Below, one piece after another: positions 54,581 to 63,407 of a DNA stretch of 64,000 bases. Each line of letters opens with the position of its first letter. Within the stretch, counting starts at the first letter, position 1. The translations under genes and the position numbers were made by a program. Source of the stretch: Planctomycetota bacterium (GTDB taxonomy: Bacteria; Planctomycetota; UBA1135; GCA-002686595). The stretch spans positions 601 through 64,600 of the forward strand of contig JAQWJQ010000201.1 in NCBI GenBank assembly GCA_029248265.1, written 5' to 3'. The notes under the pieces were generated by a model, which saw nothing but the letters and a program-made list of their open reading frames with translations, made no database searches and was not told where the DNA came from.

Positions 54581-55764
54581 GACGGGTCGGTCGGGAGGTC
54601 GGTGAGGACGCGTTCGAAGCGCGAGAGGCCCTCGGCGAGGTCCTCCGGCGTGAGGATGTAAGGGGGAAGGAAGCGGACCACGTCGCCCTGGGCGGTGCAG
54701 GTCAGCACGCCGGCGTCGAAGAGGCGGACCGTGATCTCGGCGGCGCGTCCGGGGGCGACGACGCCCTGCATGAGGCCCAGGCCCCGGCGCTCGGTGAGGG
54801 CGTCGAAGCGCGCCACAAGGCCGTCGAGGGCCGCGGCGAGCGCGGCGCCCCGGTCGATCACCTGCTGCTGCAGACCGCCGTCCAACTCGTCGAGCACGCA
54901 GAGGGCCGCGCGGCAGGCGAAGGGGCCGCCGCCGAAGGTGGAGCCGTGGTCACCGGGAACGAGCGTGCGGGCGTAGGGGCCGCGGGCCAGGGTGGCCCCG
55001 ATGGGCAGCCCGGCGCCGATGGGCTTGGCTAGAGTGACCACGTCGGGGGCGAGGCCGTAGTGGGCGCCGGCGAGGAAGGTCCCCGTACGCCCGCCGCCGC
55101 ACTGCACCTCGTCGGCGATCATGACCGTGCCAGTTTGGGTGCAGAGCTCACGGGCCGCGGCCACGTAGTCCGCGTCCAGGGGCTGGACGCCGCCCTCCCC
55201 CTGGATCGGCTCCATGATGAAGGCCGCGGGCCCTTCGGAGAGGGCCGCCTCCAGGGCGCCAATGTCATCCGGCTCGAGGAACTGCGCGGCCAGGCCCTCG
55301 CCGAACGGCGTGCGGTAGGCGGCGTTGGCCGTGACCGACAGACTCCCGAACGTCCGGCCGTGGAAGCCGCGCTCGAGGGCCACGAAGTGCTGGCGCTCGG
55401 GGCTCCCGGTGGTGGCGTGGTGCTTTCGCGCCAGCTTCAGGGCGGCCTCGTTGGCCTCGGACCCGGAGTTGGAGAAGAACACGGCCTCCATGCAAGTCAG
55501 CTCGCAGAGGCGCTCGCTGAGCTCCTCCCCCGCGCTGTGGCGATAGAGGTTCGAGATGTGCCCGAGGGTGCCCGCTTGGTCGGCCAGGGCCGCCGCGAGG
55601 CGCGGGTGCCCGTGGCCCAGGCTGTTGGCGCCGATGCCGCTGATGAGGTCGAGGAACCTGCGCCCCTCGGCGTCGTGCATCCACGCGCCCTCGCCGCCCA
55701 CGAAGAGCGGGGCGGCGCGGCGGTACGTGCCCATCGTGCGGTCGCGAGAGGTGACCTCAAGCAT
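54577..55764 (-). CDS. argD: Acetylornithine aminotransferase
   Basis: NSGSEANEAALKLAR, FHGRT, EPIQGEGG, DEVQCG.GRTG, TLAKPIGAG, HGSTFGG. Confidence 0.93.
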   Translation of the reverse strand: MLEVTSRDRTMGTYRRAAPLFVGGEGAWMHDAEGRRFLDLISGIGANSLGHGHPRLAAALADQAGTLGHISNLYRHSAGEELSERLCELTCMEAVFFSNSGSEANEAALKLARKHHATTGSPERQHFVALERGFHGRTFGSLSVTANAAYRTPFGEGLAAQFLEPDDIGALEAALSEGPAAFIMEPIQGEGGVQPLDADYVAAARELCTQTGTVMIADEVQCGGGRTGTFLAGAHYGLAPDVVTLAKPIGAGLPIGATLARGPYARTLVPGDHGSTFGGGPFACRAALCVLDELDGGLQQQVIDRGAALAAALDGLVARFDALTERRGLGLMQGVVAPGRAAEITVRLFDAGVLTCTAQGDVVRFLPPYILTPEDLAEGLSRFERVLTDLPTDPS

Positions 55765-56566
55765 GGTGGGCCTCCGGGAGCTGGGCAGCGACCAGGGTCC
55801 CGCAATCCGGGAGCAAGGCGGCGGCGATCGGGTCGTCCACGTCCCCCGCGGCGATCTTGACGGTGGCCGCGGGGCGCGCCTCGGCGGCCGCGACGGCCGC
55901 CTCGACCTTGGGGATCATCCCTCCCCCGATCACCCCGCTCGCCTCCAAGGACGACGCGGCCGCGCCGTCCAGGTGCGGGATGCGCTCCGACCCGTCGCGC
56001 ACGTGGGGCACGTCCGAGAGGAAGAGCACCGCGTCCGCACCCCAGGCGCTTGCGATGGGCGCCACCGCCATGTCCGCGTTCACGTTGAGGAACACATCGA
56101 CGTCGTCAGGCCGGGGGCTGACCGTCGCCACCACCGGCACGTAACCCGCGGCGCCGAGCGCGTTCAGGACCTCCGGGTTCACGTCTTCGACCGCGCCCAC
56201 ATGACCCAATGCAGGGTCGACCACGCCAGCCTCGAAGAGGCCACCGTCCGCGCCGGTGAGCCCAACCGCCGGGACGGCCGCACGCTGCAAAGCCGCCACC
56301 AGCGCCGCGTTCACCTCACCGCCGAGGACCTGGAGTACCGCTCGCGCCGTCCCGTCGTCGGTGACGCGCAGGCCGCGTACGCGGCGCGGTACGAGGCCCA
56401 GGGCGTCGGTGAGCCGGGACACCTGGGCGCCGCCGCCGTGGATCACCACGACCTCGTGCCCGCTCGTCCGGGCCGCGCCCACGCTCGCCGCGAAGCGCGC
56501 GCGGGTCCCGGCGTCGTCGAGGATGGCTCCGCCGACCTTCACGAGGATGCGCTGGGGATCGCTCAC
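55757..56566 (-). CDS. argB: Acetylglutamate kinase
   Basis: VKVGG, IHGGG, GLRVTD, NVNAD, GGMIPKV. Confidence 0.93.
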   Translation of the reverse strand: MSDPQRILVKVGGAILDDAGTRARFAASVGAARTSGHEVVVIHGGGAQVSRLTDALGLVPRRVRGLRVTDDGTARAVLQVLGGEVNAALVAALQRAAVPAVGLTGADGGLFEAGVVDPALGHVGAVEDVNPEVLNALGAAGYVPVVATVSPRPDDVDVFLNVNADMAVAPIASAWGADAVLFLSDVPHVRDGSERIPHLDGAAASSLEASGVIGGGMIPKVEAAVAAAEARPAATVKIAAGDVDDPIAAALLPDCGTLVAAQLPEAHHA

Positions 56567-57564
56567 AGCAGCCCCCAGGTCTCGTCGAAGCCCTTGACCA
56601 CGTTCATGTTCTGGAGCGCCTGGCCCGCCGCGCCCTTGACGAGGTTGTCGATGGCGGAGGTCACCACCACCGCACCATCGACCTCGGCCACCGAGAGGTG
56701 GCAGTGGTTGGTGCCCGCCACGTCCGCGGTGCGCGCCGGCTCCCCCATCAGGTGCACGAAGGGTTCATCGGCGTAGACCGCCTCGAGGGCCCGCGCAGCG
56801 CTCTCGAGGCCAGCCCCCGCCGCCGGCTCCAGGTAGATGGTGGCCAGCATGCCGCGGAACATGGGCGCGAGGTGCGGGACGAAGGACAGCTTGTACGGCG
56901 ACGAGGTACCGCCGAGCCGCGAGAGGATCTCCGGCGAGTGCCGGTGATTGCCCACGCCGTACGCGCGCATGGTCTCGTTGACGTTGCCGTAGAGGGTCAC
57001 GTCGCTGGGCGACTTCCCGGCGCCGGAGACGCCGCTCTTGGCATCCACGACGATGCGGCTGCCGGCCGCGACCAGGCCCGCGTCGACCAGGGGCAGGATG
57101 CCGAGCAGGGAGGCCGTGGGGTAGCAGCCGGGGTTCGCCACGAGGCGCGCGCCGGTGAGGTCCCCGCGCGCGTGCTCGGTGAGCCCGTACGGCGCCGCGT
57201 CGCAGAGCTGGGGCTCTGGGTGACTCACGCTGTAAACCCGCTCGAACTCCGACGGATCGGAGAAGCGGTGGTCCGCAGAGAGGTCCACGACCAGCGGGGC
57301 AGCGGAGCCGTCCAGCGCGGCCTTGGCCACCGGGACACCCACCGTGTGCGGCAAGCAGGTGAAGACCACATCGTGATCGCTGCCGAGGGCCTCGAGGTTC
57401 AGGGGCACCAGGTCCCACTCGCCGCGCGGGCCGAGGGACGCGACCGCGCCGCCTTCACGCGCCGACATGGCGGTGATGGACTCGATCGCGGGGTGCCGCT
57501 GGCACAGCCCGAGGAGCTCCCTGCCGGCGTAACCGGTGGCCCCGACGACCGCGACGCGCGTCAC
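56563..57564 (-). CDS. argC: N-acetyl-gamma-glutamyl-phosphate reductase
   Basis: VVGATGYAG, DLSADHR, ANPGCYPT, SGVSGAG, HRH.PE, IDNLVKGAAGQALQN. Confidence 0.95.
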   Translation of the reverse strand: MTRVAVVGATGYAGRELLGLCQRHPAIESITAMSAREGGAVASLGPRGEWDLVPLNLEALGSDHDVVFTCLPHTVGVPVAKAALDGSAAPLVVDLSADHRFSDPSEFERVYSVSHPEPQLCDAAPYGLTEHARGDLTGARLVANPGCYPTASLLGILPLVDAGLVAAGSRIVVDAKSGVSGAGKSPSDVTLYGNVNETMRAYGVGNHRHSPEILSRLGGTSSPYKLSFVPHLAPMFRGMLATIYLEPAAGAGLESAARALEAVYADEPFVHLMGEPARTADVAGTNHCHLSVAEVDGAVVVTSAIDNLVKGAAGQALQNMNVVKGFDETWGLL

Positions 57565-58019
57565 AGCCCCCCCCCTGCTGAGCGCGCGATCTGGTCGAAG
57601 TCCGCCACGAGATCGCGGGCCGCCCGGTTCGTGGAGCAGATGATCAGGATCGTGTCGTCACCAGCGATGGTCCCGAGCATGTCGGCGCGACCCGAGGCGT
57701 CGAGCGCCACCGCCAGGGGCGAGGCTCCCCCCGGAGGCGTGCGCAGGACGACCAGGTTCTGCGCGGCGCGAGCGGAGACCAGCCAGCGCCCGAGCGCGTC
57801 CGCCAAGGGGCTTGCAGACGCCGCCGGCACCACGTAGCCGGCCGCCCCCTTCACGGCGCCCAGCTCTCGCAGGTCACGGGAGAGGGTCGCCTGGGTGATC
57901 TCGACCCCCTGCGCGGCGAGGCCGTCCACGAGGGTCTGCTGACTGGAGCCGTGGCCCTCGCTGATCAGCTGGACCACGAGGGCCCGTCGGTCAGCGGCGG
58001 TGGGGTTGGGTGACTGCAT
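57561..58019 (-). CDS. argR: Arginine repressor
   Basis: SQQ.LV..L...G..ITQATLSRDLREL, VVLRTPPG.A, LGTIAGDDTI. Confidence 0.95.
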   Translation of the reverse strand: MQSPNPTAADRRALVVQLISEGHGSSQQTLVDGLAAQGVEITQATLSRDLRELGAVKGAAGYVVPAASASPLADALGRWLVSARAAQNLVVLRTPPGGASPLAVALDASGRADMLGTIAGDDTILIICSTNRAARDLVADFDQIARSAGGGL

Positions 58020-58052
58020 AAAACCTTAGATGTTGGCGCATATTCATGCATC
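58014..58052. promoter_or_regulatory. ARG box(es) overlapping the argR start/promoter
   Basis: AT-rich near-palindrome CGCATATTCATGCA (58037-58050) matches the TGCATAnnnATGCA-type ArgR operator; a second half-site TGCATAAA overlaps the start codon. Confidence 0.7.
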
Positions 58053-58106
58053 GCCCTTCCCGGGGCGCAACCCCGTTTCTGCCGTAAATGTCGCTACAAC
58101 GGGGGC

Positions 58107-59084
58107 ATGGCCCTCGCCCCGACCCAACGCTCTCGCCCGGTCCAAGCCACGCTCATGGGCCTCACCGCGGGAGTCCTCGCCCTCAGCCTCGGCGCCGGAT
58201 GCGTGCACCCGACAGGACGGCCCCCCTCCGAGCGACACGCCGAGTTCACCTCGCTCCTGGGCGCCCGCCTCACGCCGCCACCGGTCTCCCCCATGACCGA
58301 GCGACGGCTCGAGCTCGACCTCGAGTCCGCCCGGCTCGCCCTCGAGGCCGCCCCCTCGGAGCAGCGCACGATCTGGGTCGGGCGGCGGCTCGGTTACCTC
58401 GGGCGGTACGACGAGGCGATCCGCTGGTACCTCGCGGCGCTCGTCCAGTACCCGGACAGCCACCGCCTGCGCAGGCACCTGGGCCATCGCCTCATCACCG
58501 TCCGGCGTTTGGATGACGCGATCGAGGTGCTCACCGAGGCGAGACAGCTCGCGGCCACCACGACCAACCGCATCGAGCCCGACGGAGCACCGGGACCGGA
58601 GGGGGAGCCTCGCAGTACGACCCACGGAAACATCGACTACCACCTCGCCCTCGCCCGCTATGCCCGCGGGGAGTTTGACGCCGCGGCGGACCTCTGGGTC
58701 GAGTGCGCGCAGCGCTGGGCGGGCAACGACGACTCCCGGGTCGCGGCCATGCACTGGGCCCACGTGAGCCTCCTCCGAGCCGGGCGCCAGGCGGAGGCCC
58801 GCAGCATCCTCAACCTCGTTGGACGTGACCCCGACGTGATCGAGAACTTCGCGTACCTCGAGCTGATCCAACTCTACCGAGGAGAGATCGACGCCCGGAG
58901 CCTGGTGCTCCGGCCAGACCGCAGCGGCGCCCTCGAGTACGGCCTCGCCCGCTACCTTCTCCGGGTGGGCAGAAGCGATCTCGGAGGGCCCATGCTGTCC
59001 GACTTGGCCCAGCGTCCCGAGTGGCCGTCCTTCGGCGTCCTCGCCGCCGAGGCGGATGTCGCAGCGGAAGCCTCGACCCGGTGA
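58107..59084 (+). CDS. TPR-repeat lipoprotein
   Basis: Lipobox-like LGAGC; TPR-like helices (GRRLGYLGRYDEAI, YHLALARYARGEF). Confidence 0.8.
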   Translation: MALAPTQRSRPVQATLMGLTAGVLALSLGAGCVHPTGRPPSERHAEFTSLLGARLTPPPVSPMTERRLELDLESARLALEAAPSEQRTIWVGRRLGYLGRYDEAIRWYLAALVQYPDSHRLRRHLGHRLITVRRLDDAIEVLTEARQLAATTTNRIEPDGAPGPEGEPRSTTHGNIDYHLALARYARGEFDAAADLWVECAQRWAGNDDSRVAAMHWAHVSLLRAGRQAEARSILNLVGRDPDVIENFAYLELIQLYRGEIDARSLVLRPDRSGALEYGLARYLLRVGRSDLGGPMLSDLAQRPEWPSFGVLAAEADVAAEASTR

Positions 59085-59204
59085 CCGGTCCCACGACCCG
59101 ATTCGAGACGAAGTCCGGGGTCCGCCCGAACTCTGGCGCTCGCTCCCGCGTCCTTTCAACCTGTGACGTGGCACCCTTCCTTGCCCACCGGCCCACCTGA
59201 CCCC

Positions 59205-61952
59205 ATGCGCTTCCCCTCGCCCACCACCGCTGTCCTCTCAGCGCTCACCATCGCAGCGGTCGGCCTCGGCCTCACACTGAACGAGGCCGGCGAGCGCCCC
59301 GAGCGCAACCCCATGCAGGAGCCCTTCCCAGGGGCCCCTCTGGCCCCCCCCACGGATCCCCGCGGCGAGGGCGAAGGAGAGGAGGGTGAGGACCGCGCCG
59401 AGCGAGCACGGTGGATCGAGCAGCTCCACCTGGCCGCGCCCGGCGTGGACTGGCGGGCCATCGAACGCGCCAACCAGGCCGCTGAACTCGAGCGCCGTAA
59501 CGAGGCTGCCGTCACGGATGGTGGCGGCCCGGTCCCCTGGGTCTGGGACGAGGTGGGCTCGAAGAACCAGGCGGGGCACACCCGTTGCGCGGCCCTGGGC
59601 ACGACTCGCGCCGGTGAGCGCCACCTCTACGTGGGCTCAGCGGGTGGCGGGCTCTGGCGAGGCCGCGAGGATGGGTCCGAGTGGACGCCGCTCTCCGACG
59701 CGGTCTACGGCGGGGTCGACGATGTCGTCGCGCTCGAGCCGGCGAACCTGGCGGACGACGACGTCCTCCTGATGCGCCAGGGGAACTCGGTCCTCCGCAG
59801 CGCGGACGCGGGGCTCACCTGGCAGGCGGCCAGCGGGCTCACCGGCGTGACCGGCGCCCGGCGTATGGTGCGCGCCGCTGACGCGCTCCAGACGGTCTAC
59901 CTCTTCGGCACCGCGAACGTCCCGGGCATCGGCGAGAAGAGCGCGCTCTTCGCCTCCGTGGACCGCGGGCAGACCTTCGACCTGCGCTACTCGTTTGGTG
60001 CCCGCTGGAGCGGAGACATCTGGGTCCCGCGCACCTCCGCCCTCGGCGGCAGCGCGGTGTACATCCTCCAGCGCGGACGGATCTTCGTCAGCCAGGACGA
60101 CGGCTTCAGCTTCGCGCCAGGGCTCGACGTGGACACCGCCGCCACCGCCGGCGACATCGTCGGCTCGGAAGCCGGCGGGCCCACGCTCTACGTGGCGCTC
60201 CGGCAGAGCAGCGGCGACTGGAACCTCCACCGCTCGGACGACGCGGGCCAGTCGTCCGTCTTCGTCAGGACCCTCAACAGCTTCTGGGGCAGCACCCAGT
60301 CCATGGCAGCCTTCGCCCATGACGCCTCCCGGCTCGTGTACGGCGGGGTGGAGGCCTGGGTCTCCACCGACGGCGGCGCCTCCTCGTCACGGATCAACAC
60401 CTGGGGGTCGTACTACGGCGACCCGGCGAACCGCCTCCACGCCGACATCCGCGGCATGAGCCCGCTGGTGGACCTCGACGCGCCTGGAGAGCCCGACCTG
60501 CTGTTCATCAACACCGACGGCGGCACCTACCTCACCTCCGACGGGGGGGCGTCGGTCCAAAACCTGTGCCTGGAGGGCCTCGGGGTCGGACAGTTCTACT
60601 CGACCCACACCTCGACCCTCGACCCGCGGCGCATCAGCGGCGGGACCCAGGACCAGGGGTATCAGGTCGGCCTGCTCGACATCTCCGCCACCGGCCCTGG
60701 CCCCACCACGGACTTCGAGCAGATCATCAGCGGCGACTACGGGCACCTCGTGAGCGGCGACGGGACCCACGACCTCGTCTACTCCACCTATCCAGGCTTC
60801 ATCCTCGTCCAGGATGGCGAGGTCAACCCGACCCTGCGCTTCCTGGACTTCCCCACCGGCTCGAGCCAGCTCTGGCTCCCGCCTGTGGTCGCGGACCCGA
60901 ACAACCCGAACGAGTTCTTCTTCCTCGCCGAGCGGCTCTACCACTACGACCGGCCCAACGCGGTCTGGAGCCCCTCCGTCTGGTCCACCGAGGACTTTGC
61001 CACGGGGAACAGCGACTACCTCGCGGCGCTGGCCTTCGCGCCGTCGGACCCCACGCGGGCGTACTCGGTCACCAACAACGGACGGCTCTATCACTCGAGC
61101 GATGGAGGCGTCTCCTGGACCCTGGGCTCCACCACGGGACCGGGCTCTCACTACTTCTCCGGGTCCGCCCTCCTCGTCGACCCGCAGGATCCCGACCACG
61201 CCTTCGTCGCGGGCTCGGGGTACAGCAACCCCGCCGTGCGCGAGACCACCGACGGCGGCGTGACCTGGCAGGCCCGGTCGGCCGGCCTGCCGAACACGCT
61301 CGTGCACGACATCGCGTGGTCCCCCGACGGGAGCGGGGACCTCTTCGCCGCCGCAGAGGCTGGCGCGTTCCACTTCGATGCCGCCTCCGCGTCCTGGTCG
61401 AACGCCATGGGCACCGAGGCCCCGGCGACCAACTACTGGTCCGTGGAGACCGTCCCCGCCAGCCCGAGCGTTCGCTTCGGCACCTACGGCCGCGGCATCT
61501 GGGACCTCACGCTGGTGAACGGCGGCGACGTCGGGGTCAAGGTCTGCGCCCCCGCCGTGCCCAACGTCACCGGAGCGCCTGGCGTCATCCGCGCCATGGG
61601 AAGCCCCTTCGTGGCGGACAACGACCTGCTCCTCGTGGCTGAGTCCCTGCCGTCGAACACCCTCGGCTTCTTCCTCGCCTCTCCGACCCCGGGCTCCATC
61701 CCGAACCCTGGCGGGTCCATCGGCATCCTGTGCCTGGGCGGGCCCTTCGGCCGGTACCAGTCCTTGGCCCAGAGCTCCGGGCTCCTGGGCTCGATCGTGA
61801 TCCCCCTGGACCTCACGGCCATCGCCCAGCCCACGGGGCCCGCCGCGGGCCAACCCGGCCAGACGTGGTTCTTCCAGGCCTGGTACCGCGACTCGGTGCT
61901 GTCACTCCCCACGTCCAACTTCACGGACGCCATCGCGGTCCGCCTCCGGTAG
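59205..61952 (+). CDS. Secreted BNR/Asp-box beta-propeller protein (VPS10/GH74-like) with conserved C-terminal domain
   Basis: Repeated SxDxGx[TS]W boxes; H.D.R, GGTQD.G and GTYGRGIW motifs; N-terminal hydrophobic anchor; start re-called at ATG 59205. Confidence 0.88.
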   Translation: MRFPSPTTAVLSALTIAAVGLGLTLNEAGERPERNPMQEPFPGAPLAPPTDPRGEGEGEEGEDRAERARWIEQLHLAAPGVDWRAIERANQAAELERRNEAAVTDGGGPVPWVWDEVGSKNQAGHTRCAALGTTRAGERHLYVGSAGGGLWRGREDGSEWTPLSDAVYGGVDDVVALEPANLADDDVLLMRQGNSVLRSADAGLTWQAASGLTGVTGARRMVRAADALQTVYLFGTANVPGIGEKSALFASVDRGQTFDLRYSFGARWSGDIWVPRTSALGGSAVYILQRGRIFVSQDDGFSFAPGLDVDTAATAGDIVGSEAGGPTLYVALRQSSGDWNLHRSDDAGQSSVFVRTLNSFWGSTQSMAAFAHDASRLVYGGVEAWVSTDGGASSSRINTWGSYYGDPANRLHADIRGMSPLVDLDAPGEPDLLFINTDGGTYLTSDGGASVQNLCLEGLGVGQFYSTHTSTLDPRRISGGTQDQGYQVGLLDISATGPGPTTDFEQIISGDYGHLVSGDGTHDLVYSTYPGFILVQDGEVNPTLRFLDFPTGSSQLWLPPVVADPNNPNEFFFLAERLYHYDRPNAVWSPSVWSTEDFATGNSDYLAALAFAPSDPTRAYSVTNNGRLYHSSDGGVSWTLGSTTGPGSHYFSGSALLVDPQDPDHAFVAGSGYSNPAVRETTDGGVTWQARSAGLPNTLVHDIAWSPDGSGDLFAAAEAGAFHFDAASASWSNAMGTEAPATNYWSVETVPASPSVRFGTYGRGIWDLTLVNGGDVGVKVCAPAVPNVTGAPGVIRAMGSPFVADNDLLLVAESLPSNTLGFFLASPTPGSIPNPGGSIGILCLGGPFGRYQSLAQSSGLLGSIVIPLDLTAIAQPTGPAAGQPGQTWFFQAWYRDSVLSLPTSNFTDAIAVRLR

Positions 61953-61958
61953 GAGGCC

Positions 61959-63167
61959 CTAACCCAGCACCTCGGCCAGCGCCTCCACGAGCCGCGCGAC
62001 CTCCTCCGGGCTGTTGTAGTGGACCAGGCTCACGCGCACGACCCCGTCGCGCTCGAGGAGCCCGAGGTCACGGATCAAGCGGTAGGCGTAGAAGTGTCCG
62101 AAGCGCACGGCGATCCCGCGCTCGTCGAGCAGGGGCGGAATCTCGCTCGCGGCGCGACCCTCGACCGTGAATGAGACGGTGGGCACCCGCCGCTCGCGGG
62201 CGGGGGAAGGATCCCCCACGAGCGTCACCGCGGGGTGCGCACTCAGGAACGCGAGCAGCGGGGCGACCAGCGCCTCCTCATGCGCTGCGATCCGCTCGAA
62301 GGCCGCATCGAGGGTCCCAGCGCCAACCTCCTGACCCCCGAGCCCCTCGAGGTAGTCCGTGACTCCCACGAGGGACGCCACCAGCTCATAGTTGACCCCC
62401 CCGGGCTCGAACTTCCGTGGGAGCTCGTCCTCCCCCACGAAGAAGTGGTTGATGCTGCCCGTCGCCAGGAGCACCTCTAGGCGGCCAAACATGACGCCCA
62501 CGTGAGGGCCGTAGACCTTGTAGAGGCTGGCAAAGTAGAAGTCGACGCCGAGCGCCCGCACGTCCACCCTGCGGTGAGGCGCATACGCCACAGCGTCCAC
62601 ACAGGTCAGCGCGCCAGCGGCCCGCGCCAGGGCCGCGCAGGCGGGGACGTCGGTGATCGAGCCAACGATGTTGGAGCAGTGGGTGAATGCCACCAGCCGC
62701 GTGCGCTCGCTGAGGAGCGCCGCGAGGTCATCGGGGTGCAGCTCACAGGTCTCCGGGCGGACCTTCCACTCCCGGACCACGATCCCCGTGCGTTCCAGCC
62801 GGCGCCATGCCCCCACGTTGGTCTCATGGTCGACGTTGGTCACGATCACCTCGTCTCCCTCCTCCCAGCCTCCACGCAGCGCGGCCGCGAGCTGCTGGAC
62901 GAGGGCCGTGGACGACGCGCCCAGGATGACCTCCTCCGGTGTCGCCCCGAGGAGGGCCGCCGCAGCAGCGCGACCACGAAGGACCGCCGCGCTCGCGTCC
63001 AACGACAGCTGATAGCTGGCGCCGAGCTGCACCGGGCAGCGCGTCAAGAAGTCGTGGATCCGGTCGATGACCTGGCGGCAGGGGACGCTCCCCCCCGCGT
63101 TGTCCATGAGGACCCAGGGGGTCTCGAGCGCGGGGAACTGAGAGCGGACATGATCGAGGTCGAGCAT
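61959..63167 (-). CDS. Cysteine desulfurase-like class V PLP enzyme lacking the catalytic Cys
   Basis: VRSQFPAL, DNAGGS, DHETN, DAVAYAPH, SLYK.YGPH; RFGHFYA replaces RxGHHCA; start re-called at ATG 63167. Confidence 0.88.
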   Translation of the reverse strand: MLDLDHVRSQFPALETPWVLMDNAGGSVPCRQVIDRIHDFLTRCPVQLGASYQLSLDASAAVLRGRAAAAALLGATPEEVILGASSTALVQQLAAALRGGWEEGDEVIVTNVDHETNVGAWRRLERTGIVVREWKVRPETCELHPDDLAALLSERTRLVAFTHCSNIVGSITDVPACAALARAAGALTCVDAVAYAPHRRVDVRALGVDFYFASLYKVYGPHVGVMFGRLEVLLATGSINHFFVGEDELPRKFEPGGVNYELVASLVGVTDYLEGLGGQEVGAGTLDAAFERIAAHEEALVAPLLAFLSAHPAVTLVGDPSPARERRVPTVSFTVEGRAASEIPPLLDERGIAVRFGHFYAYRLIRDLGLLERDGVVRVSLVHYNSPEEVARLVEALAEVLG

Positions 63168-63407
63168 CGGGGCCTGCGCGTCGCGCGGAGAGTGGACCGT
63201 TTGTGGGAAACCGGTCGGTTCGCGGCCGGCGCCCACAGGGTGACCTTGCGCGAGCCCTCCGTCACCTCTCTCTCCCGACCTCGCCCCCACTTCAGCCCCG
63301 ATCCTGGCTCACCGCAGCGAGAATCCTGGCGTACCACGGCGGGGATCCCAGCTTCAGGGAGGGCCCCGGCTCCCAGCCACCGGCTCGCCCGCTAGACTCC
63401 CCGCCCG

